Shown one piece after another: positions 55,433 through 64,000 of a DNA stretch of 64,000 bases (positions are counted from its first letter, which is position 1; the number at the start of each line of letters is the position of its first letter). Source of the stretch: Sedimentisphaerales bacterium (lineage in GTDB: Bacteria > Planctomycetota > Phycisphaerae > Sedimentisphaerales > SM23-30); the NCBI GenBank assembly GCA_963663805.2, contig CAXXMR010000027.1, positions 19,971 to 83,970 on the forward strand, written 5' to 3'. The notes under the pieces were generated by a model. That model ran no database searches. It worked only from the letters and a program-made list of their open reading frames with translations, and was not told the DNA's origin. The position numbers and the translations under genes were made by a program.

Positions 55433-57961
55433 ATGAAGTATACTTTAATGGTCGGTATCACGTTTTTGTTATTTTTACCCGGTAGGGCCCACGGCTGGCA
55501 TGATTGGGATAATGGTGGGCCGGGCCATTACTGGAATACGCCGGGCAACTGGCAGGATGATGTGCTGCCTGGTAGCGATGATAATCCCCGTATTGATATG
55601 GACGGCTCGATGGGAGCTATAATCAACTCAAGTATGACTAGCCTGCCGGTTTATGCGACAGTTGCTATAGGTTGTGAAGGCTCCGGCAGGGTATCGATTA
55701 GCGGCGGGATTTTGCATTCCGCGAATTTAATTATGGGCGGAGATATTGGTTCATCGGCGATATGTGAATTGTTCGCGGGCGTGGTCGCGGTAGATAATGA
55801 TTTTACTCTGGCTGACAATGGTACCGCATTTTTTGATATGACCGGCGGGAGTTTGTCCGGCAATAATGTTTACATTGGCAGTGGTGTTGGCTCGGAAGGG
55901 ACATTCAAAGTCAATTATGATGCCGTGGTTACTTTTAGCAATTCTGCCGTTTTAGGTGTCTCTGGCAGCGGCATTTTGGAAATTAGCAATGGCCAGATGG
56001 TCATTGGGCAGAGTCTAATCCTGGCCCAGAATTCCGGTTCCGTGGGCAGGGTTGAACTCCGAGGCGGAACTTTACGGGCGGCAAATCTGATATGGGGCGA
56101 CGGTGAGGGCACAATCGATATAAGCGGAGGGACGTTGATTCTGGATGGTCAAATAAGCGAACTGCCCGATACAGTTATCGCTTACGGGGGCAATGAACAA
56201 TGGTATTTGGCCTTGGATTACGATTCAGTTGAGGATGTGACGCGAATCAGTGTTGCAATGGTACCGCCGATTTTCGTCTGGGAGGATATTTTTGACTATA
56301 ACCAGGGCGATTCTCTGGGGCTTATGCCGGCATATCAAACGGAAACTGTCACAGTTTTTCAGCCGGTTGCAGATGAAGATATGAAGTTTAACAATCATCC
56401 TCAACTGGCGGTTTTTCAAGGGCGGCTTTATATTACCTGGACCGGGCATCCTCAAGATGAGCTATCTGATGAATCGTGGGTATTCTACAGTATCAGTTCG
56501 GATGGTATTAGTTGGTCTGAACCACAGATATTAGGCCCGGATATTCGAGCCAGTAGCGGTTGGCATAGCGACAATGTGCAATTAGTCAATTATATGGCCA
56601 GGCTACTCAATACTCAGGCTTATGTATCTCTGGATGGAAAAAACTGGACTGATTACGGTTTCATATTGAATAATGCCGCACCCAGTGAAAGCGACCGTGC
56701 CCTGCCCGAAGGACGTCTGATTATGCCCTGTCACGGCTACGGCAGTGGTTTATTTGAGGATGTGAAAGTCACCCGTATTATGTATACGGACACTCCGAAC
56801 GGTCTTAGCGGCTGGCAGGAAGCGATTTTACCCCAATTGCCGGAAATAAATATTTCCGATAACAAGAAAGTCGCCCGTGCGGTTGAGCCGAGTTGGTTTA
56901 TACGTCCGAACGGTGAGTTGGTGATGGTTTTTCGCGACCTCAATTTTAACGCGGCCTTGCGTAACTGGAAACTGCTGGCCTCTGTAAGTTCAGACCGTGG
57001 CCAAAACTGGACGCTCCCGGTCTTAACAAATATGCCCGATTCCGACTCGATGCAGTGCGCGGGCAATCTTCCCGACGGCTGGTCTTATCTGGTGAATAAT
57101 CCTATCGCTACCCGCAGGCGGGTACCTTTGGCAATTACTATAAGCAGGGACGGCAAAACGTTTGATAGTTCTTATCTGCTGCGCGGTACACCGCCGGCAA
57201 TCGTGTTTGAAGGGGGTGATAAAACTCTGGGCTATTCGTATCCCGGAAGCGTTATCTGGGGTGATTACCTTTATATTGCCTATGCGACTAACAAGGAAAA
57301 TATTGATGTGACGCGCGTGCCCTGGCGGAGTTTGGTTTCACAATATACGATAATAGAAAACTTTGATGGTTATCCAACTCGCGCCGAACTGACGGAATAC
57401 TGGCAGGGACAGGGAAATGCTGATTTGCAAATAAGCAAATTTCCTGAGCCGGGCCATGCTTTTAATTCTTTGAACCTTGGATATGAAAATAATCTGGCCC
57501 CCTATTACAGTTCGGCGTGTAAGATTTTTGCTGAGCCTCAGAATTTGAGTTCAGATGGAATTCACGCGCTGGATATTTCGTTGAAAGGTGACGCGGCGAA
57601 CCCGCCGGCAGTAATTTATGTTGAGCTTAGTGACGGGGATAATGTTGCCCAGTTGGTTTTACGCAATGAATATGGGGCGATAGATTATGACGCGGTACGT
57701 GCTGACGATTGGTTTACCTGGCATATTGACTTACAAAATTTTTCGAGGGTAAATCTGGAACATGTTGTGACTCTGGCGGTCGGTTGTGGTTATGCCGGTT
57801 ATAGCGGTGGGGGAAATTTGTATATTGATGATGTCAGGCTTTATCCGGGCAGATGCTTTGGCGGTTACCCGGACAATGACCTTAACGGTGATTGTATTGT
57901 TGATATGGAAGATTTTATGCTTTTTGTGGCAAATTGGGCAAAAACCGGGTTTTTCCCCTAA
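55433..57961 (+). CDS. secreted multidomain protein: beta-helix-like N-domain, BNR sialidase-fold domain (paralogue of 54224-55429), CBM-like domain, dockerin-like tail
   Basis: The central region aligns with the previous gene (FNNHPQLAVFQGRLYITWTGHP, SSDGISW, DSDSMQCAGNLPDG). The tail is DLNGDCIVDMEDFMLFVANW. Confidence 0.6.
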   Translation: MKYTLMVGITFLLFLPGRAHGWHDWDNGGPGHYWNTPGNWQDDVLPGSDDNPRIDMDGSMGAIINSSMTSLPVYATVAIGCEGSGRVSISGGILHSANLIMGGDIGSSAICELFAGVVAVDNDFTLADNGTAFFDMTGGSLSGNNVYIGSGVGSEGTFKVNYDAVVTFSNSAVLGVSGSGILEISNGQMVIGQSLILAQNSGSVGRVELRGGTLRAANLIWGDGEGTIDISGGTLILDGQISELPDTVIAYGGNEQWYLALDYDSVEDVTRISVAMVPPIFVWEDIFDYNQGDSLGLMPAYQTETVTVFQPVADEDMKFNNHPQLAVFQGRLYITWTGHPQDELSDESWVFYSISSDGISWSEPQILGPDIRASSGWHSDNVQLVNYMARLLNTQAYVSLDGKNWTDYGFILNNAAPSESDRALPEGRLIMPCHGYGSGLFEDVKVTRIMYTDTPNGLSGWQEAILPQLPEINISDNKKVARAVEPSWFIRPNGELVMVFRDLNFNAALRNWKLLASVSSDRGQNWTLPVLTNMPDSDSMQCAGNLPDGWSYLVNNPIATRRRVPLAITISRDGKTFDSSYLLRGTPPAIVFEGGDKTLGYSYPGSVIWGDYLYIAYATNKENIDVTRVPWRSLVSQYTIIENFDGYPTRAELTEYWQGQGNADLQISKFPEPGHAFNSLNLGYENNLAPYYSSACKIFAEPQNLSSDGIHALDISLKGDAANPPAVIYVELSDGDNVAQLVLRNEYGAIDYDAVRADDWFTWHIDLQNFSRVNLEHVVTLAVGCGYAGYSGGGNLYIDDVRLYPGRCFGGYPDNDLNGDCIVDMEDFMLFVANWAKTGFFP

Positions 57962-58101
57962 AAAAGTACTGTCGGCTTGCATGAAAACACAAACTATTTG
58001 CGCATATTGGCATAGTGTCTCGGTCGATAAATGGTAATAATAAGCGTAGTTGAGTCTGGTGTTGGTAAAGAATCTGGAGCAAAAAAGATCAGGAGGTTTT
58101 A

Positions 58102-59784
58102 ATGATGAAAAACAAAATCGCGTATGTATCACTTTTAGTTATGTTTGTAGCCTTGGTTTCGGTATCGCCAGCAGCAGTAACGGCACCGACCGGAGGCGGA
58201 AAACTTGCTTTGGGATTTGACGGAACTGATGTGGTTCTGGGCAGCGGGACAAAAGTTACGACCTGGACCGATCAGGTTTCAGATTATGACGCCGCGGCGG
58301 TGTTGTTCGCCCAGCAGCCCACGCTGGTGGATTTAGATACCGGCAACGGTGTACACCCGGTGGTGGATTTTGATGGGTCAATGAATTACATGGAAACTGC
58401 GGCTTTCAGCTCGGTTTTCAATCAAGCCAACGTGATTTTTATGGTGGCAGCCTGGGATGTCCTGCCGGTCAGTCTTTATATGTTCGACAGTATCGACGGC
58501 GCTAACCGTAACGCATTATACAGTCGTTCGGACAGTTCTTTCGGCATGTTCGCAGGCTCACAGATTATCAACGGTAATGTTCAGGCGGTGACCAATACTT
58601 TCCAGGTTTATACAGCAGTCTTCAATGGGGCCAACAGTCTGTTGCGTATCGACGGTGCCTCTGTTCTGGGCGGTAATACGGGAACCCTGGGGCTTTCTGG
58701 TCTGACAATCGGTGCTGACCGTAACGGTAATCAGGTATTCAATGGCAAAATCGCGGAGGTTCTGGTTTATGACGGAGGCTTGAATACCGAACAGATTTTA
58801 GCTATTGAAACATATCTTAGAGAAAAATATATCGTCACTCCCGACCCCGATATCGCCACCAACCCCAATCCGGCTAATTCCGAATCTGGTATCCCTCTGG
58901 ATGTTGTATTGAGCTGGACTGCTAGTCCTTCCGCTCAGCCGGTTGACGGTCAGGATGTATATTTTGGCGAAGTCAAACAGGATGTTATTGATGCTGACCG
59001 TGCCAATCCTTTAGGGGTGTATCAGGGTGCCCAGGACGGCAATACATTTGACCCGACCGGCCCGTTGGAACTGGGTAAGACTTATTACTGGCGGGTGGAC
59101 CAGGTAAATGGCACGACAATCTGGGCCGGCGAAGTCTGGGGCTTTACGGTTGCTTCTTATGTTCTGGTCGATAATTTTGAGGATTATGCTGATACCACAG
59201 CTCTATTGGGTGAATGGTCGGAAAACGGCCAGGCGTGGCTGGCTTTGGCAACCGATTCGGCGCTAGTGCTAGGCGAAAAATCTATGGAACTGCACTACGG
59301 CAATTCGAGCAGTCCCTATTATTCCGCGGCGACTCGAAATTTCGACCCGGCTCAGGACTGGACTATCTCCGAAGTTGAGGCGATGGATGTCTGGTTCAAA
59401 GGGCAAAACGCTAATTCCGCCGCTCCCGTTTATGTGGAAATTTCTGACGGAGTAAATACGGCCCGTCAATATCTGCTGGGGGATGATGAAATGACAGACC
59501 CAAATGCCACAAGAGATGAAGCCTGGTACCACTGGCGAATCGATCTTGATAGGTTTACAAATGTGAGTTTGACAGCGGTTACCGAATTAACTTTCGGAGT
59601 TGGTGACGGAATTAACCCCGCTCAGGCCACTACGGGTGACATTTATATCGAAGATTTCCGGCTTTATCCTACCCGTTGTCTGATGGGTAATCCAGACTAT
59701 GATTTCAATGGCGACTGCACTGTCGGTCTGGAAGATTTCGCTATCTTTGCGACGGGATGGCTCGAAACCGGTTTGTGGCCTTAA
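58102..59784 (+). CDS. secreted LamG-like, FN3-like and CBM-like protein with a dockerin-like tail
   Basis: GKIAEVLVYDGGLNTEQILAIETYLREKY is a LamG_3-type end. The YYWRVD module is present. The C-terminal domain is homologous to that of 55433-57961 (IYIEDFRLYP). The tail is DFNGDCTVGLEDFAIFATGW. Confidence 0.6.
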   Translation: MMKNKIAYVSLLVMFVALVSVSPAAVTAPTGGGKLALGFDGTDVVLGSGTKVTTWTDQVSDYDAAAVLFAQQPTLVDLDTGNGVHPVVDFDGSMNYMETAAFSSVFNQANVIFMVAAWDVLPVSLYMFDSIDGANRNALYSRSDSSFGMFAGSQIINGNVQAVTNTFQVYTAVFNGANSLLRIDGASVLGGNTGTLGLSGLTIGADRNGNQVFNGKIAEVLVYDGGLNTEQILAIETYLREKYIVTPDPDIATNPNPANSESGIPLDVVLSWTASPSAQPVDGQDVYFGEVKQDVIDADRANPLGVYQGAQDGNTFDPTGPLELGKTYYWRVDQVNGTTIWAGEVWGFTVASYVLVDNFEDYADTTALLGEWSENGQAWLALATDSALVLGEKSMELHYGNSSSPYYSAATRNFDPAQDWTISEVEAMDVWFKGQNANSAAPVYVEISDGVNTARQYLLGDDEMTDPNATRDEAWYHWRIDLDRFTNVSLTAVTELTFGVGDGINPAQATTGDIYIEDFRLYPTRCLMGNPDYDFNGDCTVGLEDFAIFATGWLETGLWP

Positions 59785-59838
59785 AATAAATTGTGTGTAG
59801 TAAATGGTGTTCTTTTTGATTCTGTTAAGGAGGAAAGT

Positions 59839-60642
59839 ATGTGTAAGTTAAGAATGACAGTTTTGGTTTTCGCTGGTTCATTAATGTTGATTGTTCCATT
59901 AACCGCGGCGATTACCGCACCAGACGCTGGCGGAAAACTGGTTATCGGTTATGACGGCACCGATGTAACCGTCAGTGCCGGGACGACACTGGTGGAATCG
60001 TGGAATGACCAGGTCGCTTTACGCAGTGTTGATAACGCGGTATCAGCCGGAGACCGTCGACCGGAGCTTGTCCAGATGGATACCGGTAATGGGCTGCATA
60101 ATGTTATTGATTTCTCCGGTACCAATTACCTCAAAACCGCTGATTTTGCCGAAGGCGATATGGCTCAGACCAACACCATCTTTGTAGTCGCTCAGTGGGA
60201 TTCACTCAGCTCGGATTATTTGTTTGACGGTATCAGTTCTTCGGAACGTCATGCCCTCTATACTCGTTCGGATAATTCCTACGGTATGTTCGCTGGTGCT
60301 CAAATCATTAACGGTAATGTGCCAGCAGTGACGGGGCAATTCCAGGTTTTTGCCGCCAGCTTTAACGGCAGCAGCGGATGGTTTCGCGTTGATGGAACCA
60401 CAATTTTAAGCGGAAATATTGGTAGTCATGTGCTGGGGGGACTGTCAATTGGCTCAAATTATGGAGCCAGCGGAATGATGGACGGAAAAGTCGCAGAAGT
60501 GCTCGTTTATGACGGCGGACTAAATACTGCTCAATTGCTCAGTGTTGAAGAATATCTTGCTAATAAATATCTGGTGCCCGAACCGACAACCATGATTCTT
60601 TTGGCTATAGGCGGCCTGGGTATTTTAAGACGTAAAAGATAG
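59839..60642 (+). CDS. secreted LamG-like protein with PEP-CTERM anchor (paralogue of the N-domain of 58102-59784)
   Basis: RBS AGGAGG. GKVAEVLVYDGGLNTAQLLSVEEYLANKY is followed directly by VPEPTTMILLAIGGLGILRRKR. Confidence 0.7.
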   Translation: MCKLRMTVLVFAGSLMLIVPLTAAITAPDAGGKLVIGYDGTDVTVSAGTTLVESWNDQVALRSVDNAVSAGDRRPELVQMDTGNGLHNVIDFSGTNYLKTADFAEGDMAQTNTIFVVAQWDSLSSDYLFDGISSSERHALYTRSDNSYGMFAGAQIINGNVPAVTGQFQVFAASFNGSSGWFRVDGTTILSGNIGSHVLGGLSIGSNYGASGMMDGKVAEVLVYDGGLNTAQLLSVEEYLANKYLVPEPTTMILLAIGGLGILRRKR

Positions 60643-60712
60643 TAATTACTGCGCCTTCGGGGTTTTGATGGTAAAGCCCCGAAGGTGCTAATAATGAATT
60701 AGGAATAAACTT

Positions 60713-61495
60713 ATGGCCTACAAACGTGGTTTTACGCTGGTTGAACTTTTAGTGGTAATAGCTATTATAGCTCTGCTTGTTTCAATTCTTTTGCCGGCTA
60801 TTGGCTCAGCGCGAGAACAAGCCTATACAGTTCTCTGTCTGTCGAATCTGCGGCAGTGGGGGCTGGTGGTTTCCATGTTTACTGGTGACAATAACGATTT
60901 TTTCAATGAAACTCGTCTGGGCCATGCCAAGGAAACCTGGATATGGACTATGCGGGATTACTACATGGACCAGGATGATATTCGATTCTGCCCCAAGGCC
61001 CAGATGCCATTGACACAGGGAGGCCCTATCGAAAAACTTGCCTGGGGGCCCTATGATATCGACAACAACTCTGCCACGCCAGGAGATAGCGGTAGTTATG
61101 GCCTTAATGCCTGGAGCTATGATTTGCCCCAGGATCAATCAAATGCCTGGTATCCAGCCGAAAATTACTGGCGAACAATTAATGTCGCTAATACCGAAAA
61201 TATACCACTATTTGCCGACTGCTGGTGGCGGGAAGGGAATCCTCGTATGGGTAGCCCTGCCCCTACCAAACAATGGCAGATGGAGGTTGCCCAGAATTAT
61301 ACCTTGGGTTTTGGGTATGAATGGGAAATGGCCCGTTTTTGTTTGGACCGCCATCGTGGAACGACATGTATGGTTTTTTATGACCTTACCGCGCGACAGA
61401 TAGACCTCAAAAGACTTTGGGAACTTAAATGGCATCGAAATTATGATACAACGGTAGCCCCTTCGGGCGGATGGCCCCAATGGATGGATAACTGA
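60713..61495 (+). CDS. type II secretion pseudopilin-like protein (prepilin N-methylation site, DUF1559 type)
   Basis: [26 protein letters not shown]. Confidence 0.75.
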   Translation: MAYKRGFTLVELLVVIAIIALLVSILLPAIGSAREQAYTVLCLSNLRQWGLVVSMFTGDNNDFFNETRLGHAKETWIWTMRDYYMDQDDIRFCPKAQMPLTQGGPIEKLAWGPYDIDNNSATPGDSGSYGLNAWSYDLPQDQSNAWYPAENYWRTINVANTENIPLFADCWWREGNPRMGSPAPTKQWQMEVAQNYTLGFGYEWEMARFCLDRHRGTTCMVFYDLTARQIDLKRLWELKWHRNYDTTVAPSGGWPQWMDN

Positions 61496-61629
61496 TATCC
61501 TTCTTTCACGCCCAGCATCAAAATCATTCCGATTCACTCTCAAATCGTTTTTTTATGAAATGTGTACTATATCACCTTCCTTGAACGATTATTCTCGAAA
61601 AAGTACTATATAGTATAGTTTGTAGTCTC

Positions 61630-61696
61630 AAAAAATCGAAAAAAACGTCTTTTTTTCTCCAAAAACTCAAAAAAAGCCCCCAAAAAAGTCAAAAAA
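61630..61696. other. run of phased A/T tracts (probable intrinsically bent DNA)
   Basis: A6, A7, T7, A5, A7, A6 and A6 tracts begin at 61630, 61639, 61650, 61661, 61669, 61682 and 61691. Spacing is 8-13 bp. Confidence 0.5.
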
Positions 61697-61995
61697 TCCT
61701 TAACCAGACACCATAATCCAAACTTATACCGAAAAACTACCAGAAGTGCGCAAAAAAAAGCACCCGGAAAAGACTTTCGTGCCTGACTCCCTCTCCCAGC
61801 CTCTCTCTCTCTAGAACCGGGCAGCACGCTTAGCATCTCTCTCCCAAGTGCTGTAGTAAATATAGCCCAGGCCTTACTGCTTGTCAAATGAATTTTTACG
61901 TTTTGGACAATTATCTGGACCTTAACGCTCCCCAGCTTTATCATATTTATGCACCAGGATGGACCTGCGTGTAACATTAAACTGGAACCATAGTT

Positions 61996-62496
61996 ATGAC
62001 GCCCAATAAATTTGTCAGAGCCGTTTTTCCCGGCTCTTTTGACCCGATAACCAACGGCCATATTGACGTTATTCAGCGGGGACGCAAAATTTTTGATGAA
62101 TTAATTATCGCTGTCGGCGACCATCCCACCAAAAATCCGTTGTTCACCGGCACCGAGCGAGTCGAGATGATTGGCGAGCTTATCACCGACTGGCCCGATG
62201 TATCTGTCGAAAGATTTACCTGCCTAACTGTTGACTACGTAAAGAGTAAGAACGCCGACGTTATCCTCCGCGGCCTGCGAAATCTCACCGATGTTCAATA
62301 TGAATTCGAGCTGGCCCTGACCAACCGGGCCGTCGCCGGCATCGAAACCGTATTCATTATGACCGGCGAAAAGCACGGATTCACCACCTCAACTCTCATC
62401 AGAGAGATCGGCAGGTACGGCGGAGATGTCTCAACTTTAATTCCCACACCGGTTTACGAGCGGCTCACCAAAAAACTCCAGGCCGGGAACAAATAA
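61996..62496 (+). CDS. coaD: phosphopantetheine adenylyltransferase
   Basis: AVFPGSFDPITNGHIDVI (T/HxGH motif), ILRGLRN and ISSTLIRE-like TTSTLIREI are present. Length 166 aa. Confidence 0.9.
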   Translation: MTPNKFVRAVFPGSFDPITNGHIDVIQRGRKIFDELIIAVGDHPTKNPLFTGTERVEMIGELITDWPDVSVERFTCLTVDYVKSKNADVILRGLRNLTDVQYEFELALTNRAVAGIETVFIMTGEKHGFTTSTLIREIGRYGGDVSTLIPTPVYERLTKKLQAGNK

Positions 62497-62498
62497 AA

Positions 62499-62870
62499 AT
62501 GTTCTCCGTTACCGTAGAAACCAGTTTCCGGGCATCACACAGCTTGACCATGCCCGACGGCATAGAAGAGCCAACACACGAACATAATTGGAAAGTCCAG
62601 GCCACCGTCCAGACCGAAAAACTCGACCGGCACATGCTCGTTATGGACTTCCACCTGCTGGAAAACCTTCTAAATAAAGCAGTTACACCATTAACAAAAG
62701 TCGGCTCCATCAATAACGACCCCAGTTTCATAAACCACAACCCCTCAGCAGAAGCTATCGCCGATTATATCCGCCGCCAAATTCAGAACACCCTACCCGA
62801 AAATGTTGAGCTGACCCAGGTAACCGTCTGGGAAACCACCACTTGCAGCGCTTCATGGCACAAGAGCTAA
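62499..62870 (+). CDS. queD: 6-carboxy-5,6,7,8-tetrahydropterin synthase (PTPS family)
   Basis: FRASHSL…HEHNWKV…VMDFHLL is the PTPS/QueD signature. Length 123 aa. Confidence 0.75.
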   Translation: MFSVTVETSFRASHSLTMPDGIEEPTHEHNWKVQATVQTEKLDRHMLVMDFHLLENLLNKAVTPLTKVGSINNDPSFINHNPSAEAIADYIRRQIQNTLPENVELTQVTVWETTTCSASWHKS

Positions 62871-63027
62871 TCCCCATTTTACTGCTTTTTTTATACCAGC
62901 CTTTATTCGGCAAGTAACCACAAGCTATTGACGATATACGATTATGAGCCTATGATATTGTTAGGAAAGCGTTTTACATTTGCCGGAAAATGAAACACAA
63001 CCTGAATTTTAACAGGGATTTATATAA

Positions 63028-63513
63028 ATGCGGTGCCAGCTTTGTGATAACCCAGCCACGGTCCACCTTACCGAAATAATCAATGGCGAAAAGACCGAGC
63101 GGCACCTGTGCCAGCAGTGTGCCGAGATCGAAGGCATCGCTATTAAATCCCCGGAAATCCCTATCACCGAACTACTTAACGACCTTGTGGCTGCCAAGGA
63201 ACGCACTGAGGAGTTGGTTGACCTTAAATGTCCCAGTTGCGGGCTGAGCTGGATAGAATTCAGAAAAAGGGGACTGCTCGGCTGCCCTGACGATTACGAA
63301 GCCTTCGCTGAACCGCTGGGCCAGTTAATCTGCCAGACTCAGAATGGCGCAACTTCCCACCGGGGCAGGATACCGCGAAAATCAGCCTCTGACAGCTCTA
63401 ATCAGGTTAATATCATCAACTTACGCCGACAGCTGCAGCAGGCCATCGAAACCGAAGACTACGAAACTGCCGCCCATATCCGCGACGAACTGCGCAAAGC
63501 CGCGACGGAATAA
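63028..63513 (+). CDS. mcsA: McsA-like protein (zinc-finger pairs plus UvrB/UvrC motif)
   Basis: CQLCDNPA…CQQCAE and CPSCGLSW…GCPDDY are present. The C-terminal UVR motif is LQQAIETEDYETAAHIRDEL. It lies directly upstream of an mcsB-like gene. Confidence 0.65.
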   Translation: MRCQLCDNPATVHLTEIINGEKTERHLCQQCAEIEGIAIKSPEIPITELLNDLVAAKERTEELVDLKCPSCGLSWIEFRKRGLLGCPDDYEAFAEPLGQLICQTQNGATSHRGRIPRKSASDSSNQVNIINLRRQLQQAIETEDYETAAHIRDELRKAATE

Positions 63514-63550
63514 AACCACATGGAAATTTCCGACCTCAGCCAAAGTTTAG

Positions 63551-64000
63551 GTGCCCTGGCTTACTGATACCGGTCCAATGAACGATGTTGTACTGTCATC
63601 AAGGATCCGGTTGGCTCGTAATATTCGCGGTTTTCTCTTCTTCGCTCAATCTGACCCGGAGGAGCAAGCGGAACTGCTTTCGTTTGTTTATGAGAAACTT
63701 CGCAAAACCGAGCTGGCTCAAAGCCTTTTCTTTTTCAACATGGACGACCTGTCGCCGATGGAAAGGCAAATGCTACTGGAACGTCATTTGATTTCCAGAC
63801 AACTGGCGCGTGGTGACGGTGTTCGCGGGGTGGCGCTTGCGCCGGATGAGTCGCTGGCATTGATGATAAACGAAGAGGACCATCTCCCGCATCCAAAGCC
63901 TGAGCAGCGGTTTACAGTTACATGAGGCCTATGAGCGTATTAACCGGGTCGATGATATTCTGGAAGAAGCGTTGGAATATGCTTTCTTCCAGTAAATACG
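63551..64000 (+). CDS. mcsB: protein-arginine kinase McsB-like (ATP:guanido phosphotransferase), apparent frameshift; continues past the window
   Basis: VVLSSRIRLARNIRGF and MINEEDHL are present. After a one-base shift at the CCC run 63886-63888 it reads RIQSLSSGLQLHEAYERINRVDDILEEALEYAF. This parallels B. subtilis McsB NEEDHIRIQCL…VDYAF. Confidence 0.65.

Noticed and set aside
61606-62061. A 151-aa minus-strand ORF upstream of and overlapping the coaD start
   Set aside because: It is translated largely from A/T-tract and CT-repeat DNA (the FFFLEFLEKKRRFFRFFE type). It overlaps a well-supported gene.
1-64000. CRISPR arrays, rRNA genes, retron or DGR reverse transcriptases, toxin-antitoxin pairs
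   Set aside because: No regularly spaced direct repeats, rRNA-like segments, RT motifs (YxDD) or small paired ORFs with TA-like features were seen on either strand.

Overview
The window splits into two parts. Positions 1 to about 27.8 kb are a mosaic of mobile and accessory DNA. Positions 27.8 to 64 kb are chromosomal glycan-utilisation loci followed by housekeeping genes.

Mobile part, left to right:
- The 3-prime end of a tyrosine integrase, cut by the window edge.
- A three-gene minus-strand cassette: HTH, AAA+ ATPase and S8 subtilase. It resembles the IetAS anti-phage system and is bracketed by integrase 3-prime repeats.
- An RCC1/beta-helix/dockerin gene split by an ISL3-family IS with a clean 8-bp target duplication.
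- A PEP-CTERM protein gene.
- An apparently complete filamentous (inovirus-like) prophage of about 8.3 kb. It encodes a HUH Rep, small coat proteins, an adsorption protein, a Zot/pI ATPase and its own secretin. A TraX-family acyltransferase gene sits inside the morphogenesis module.
- A 3-prime fragment of a CAU-anticodon tRNA next to a full integrase, in an attP-like arrangement.
- An IS nest: IS21 without target duplication, a truncated second ISL3 copy, and an IS66-type element with an 8-bp duplication.
- A short lambda-type portal remnant.

Chromosomal part:
- Two loci rich in BNR/Asp-box sialidase-fold proteins and LamG lectin-like proteins. Many of these end in a short dockerin-like tail; others end in PEP-CTERM.
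- An N-acetylneuraminate-lyase-like gene and a HEAT-repeat::sodium-solute-symporter fusion.
- Two XylR/AraC-type regulators that share an upstream motif.
- DUF1559-type pseudopilins, and an IS1634-disrupted beta-propeller pseudogene.
- GTP-type PEP carboxykinase, coaD, queD, and mcsA-like and mcsB-like genes.

The gene content suggests a PVC-superphylum host (Planctomycetota, Kiritimatiellota or Lentisphaerota type); this is inference only. No rRNA genes or CRISPR arrays were seen.
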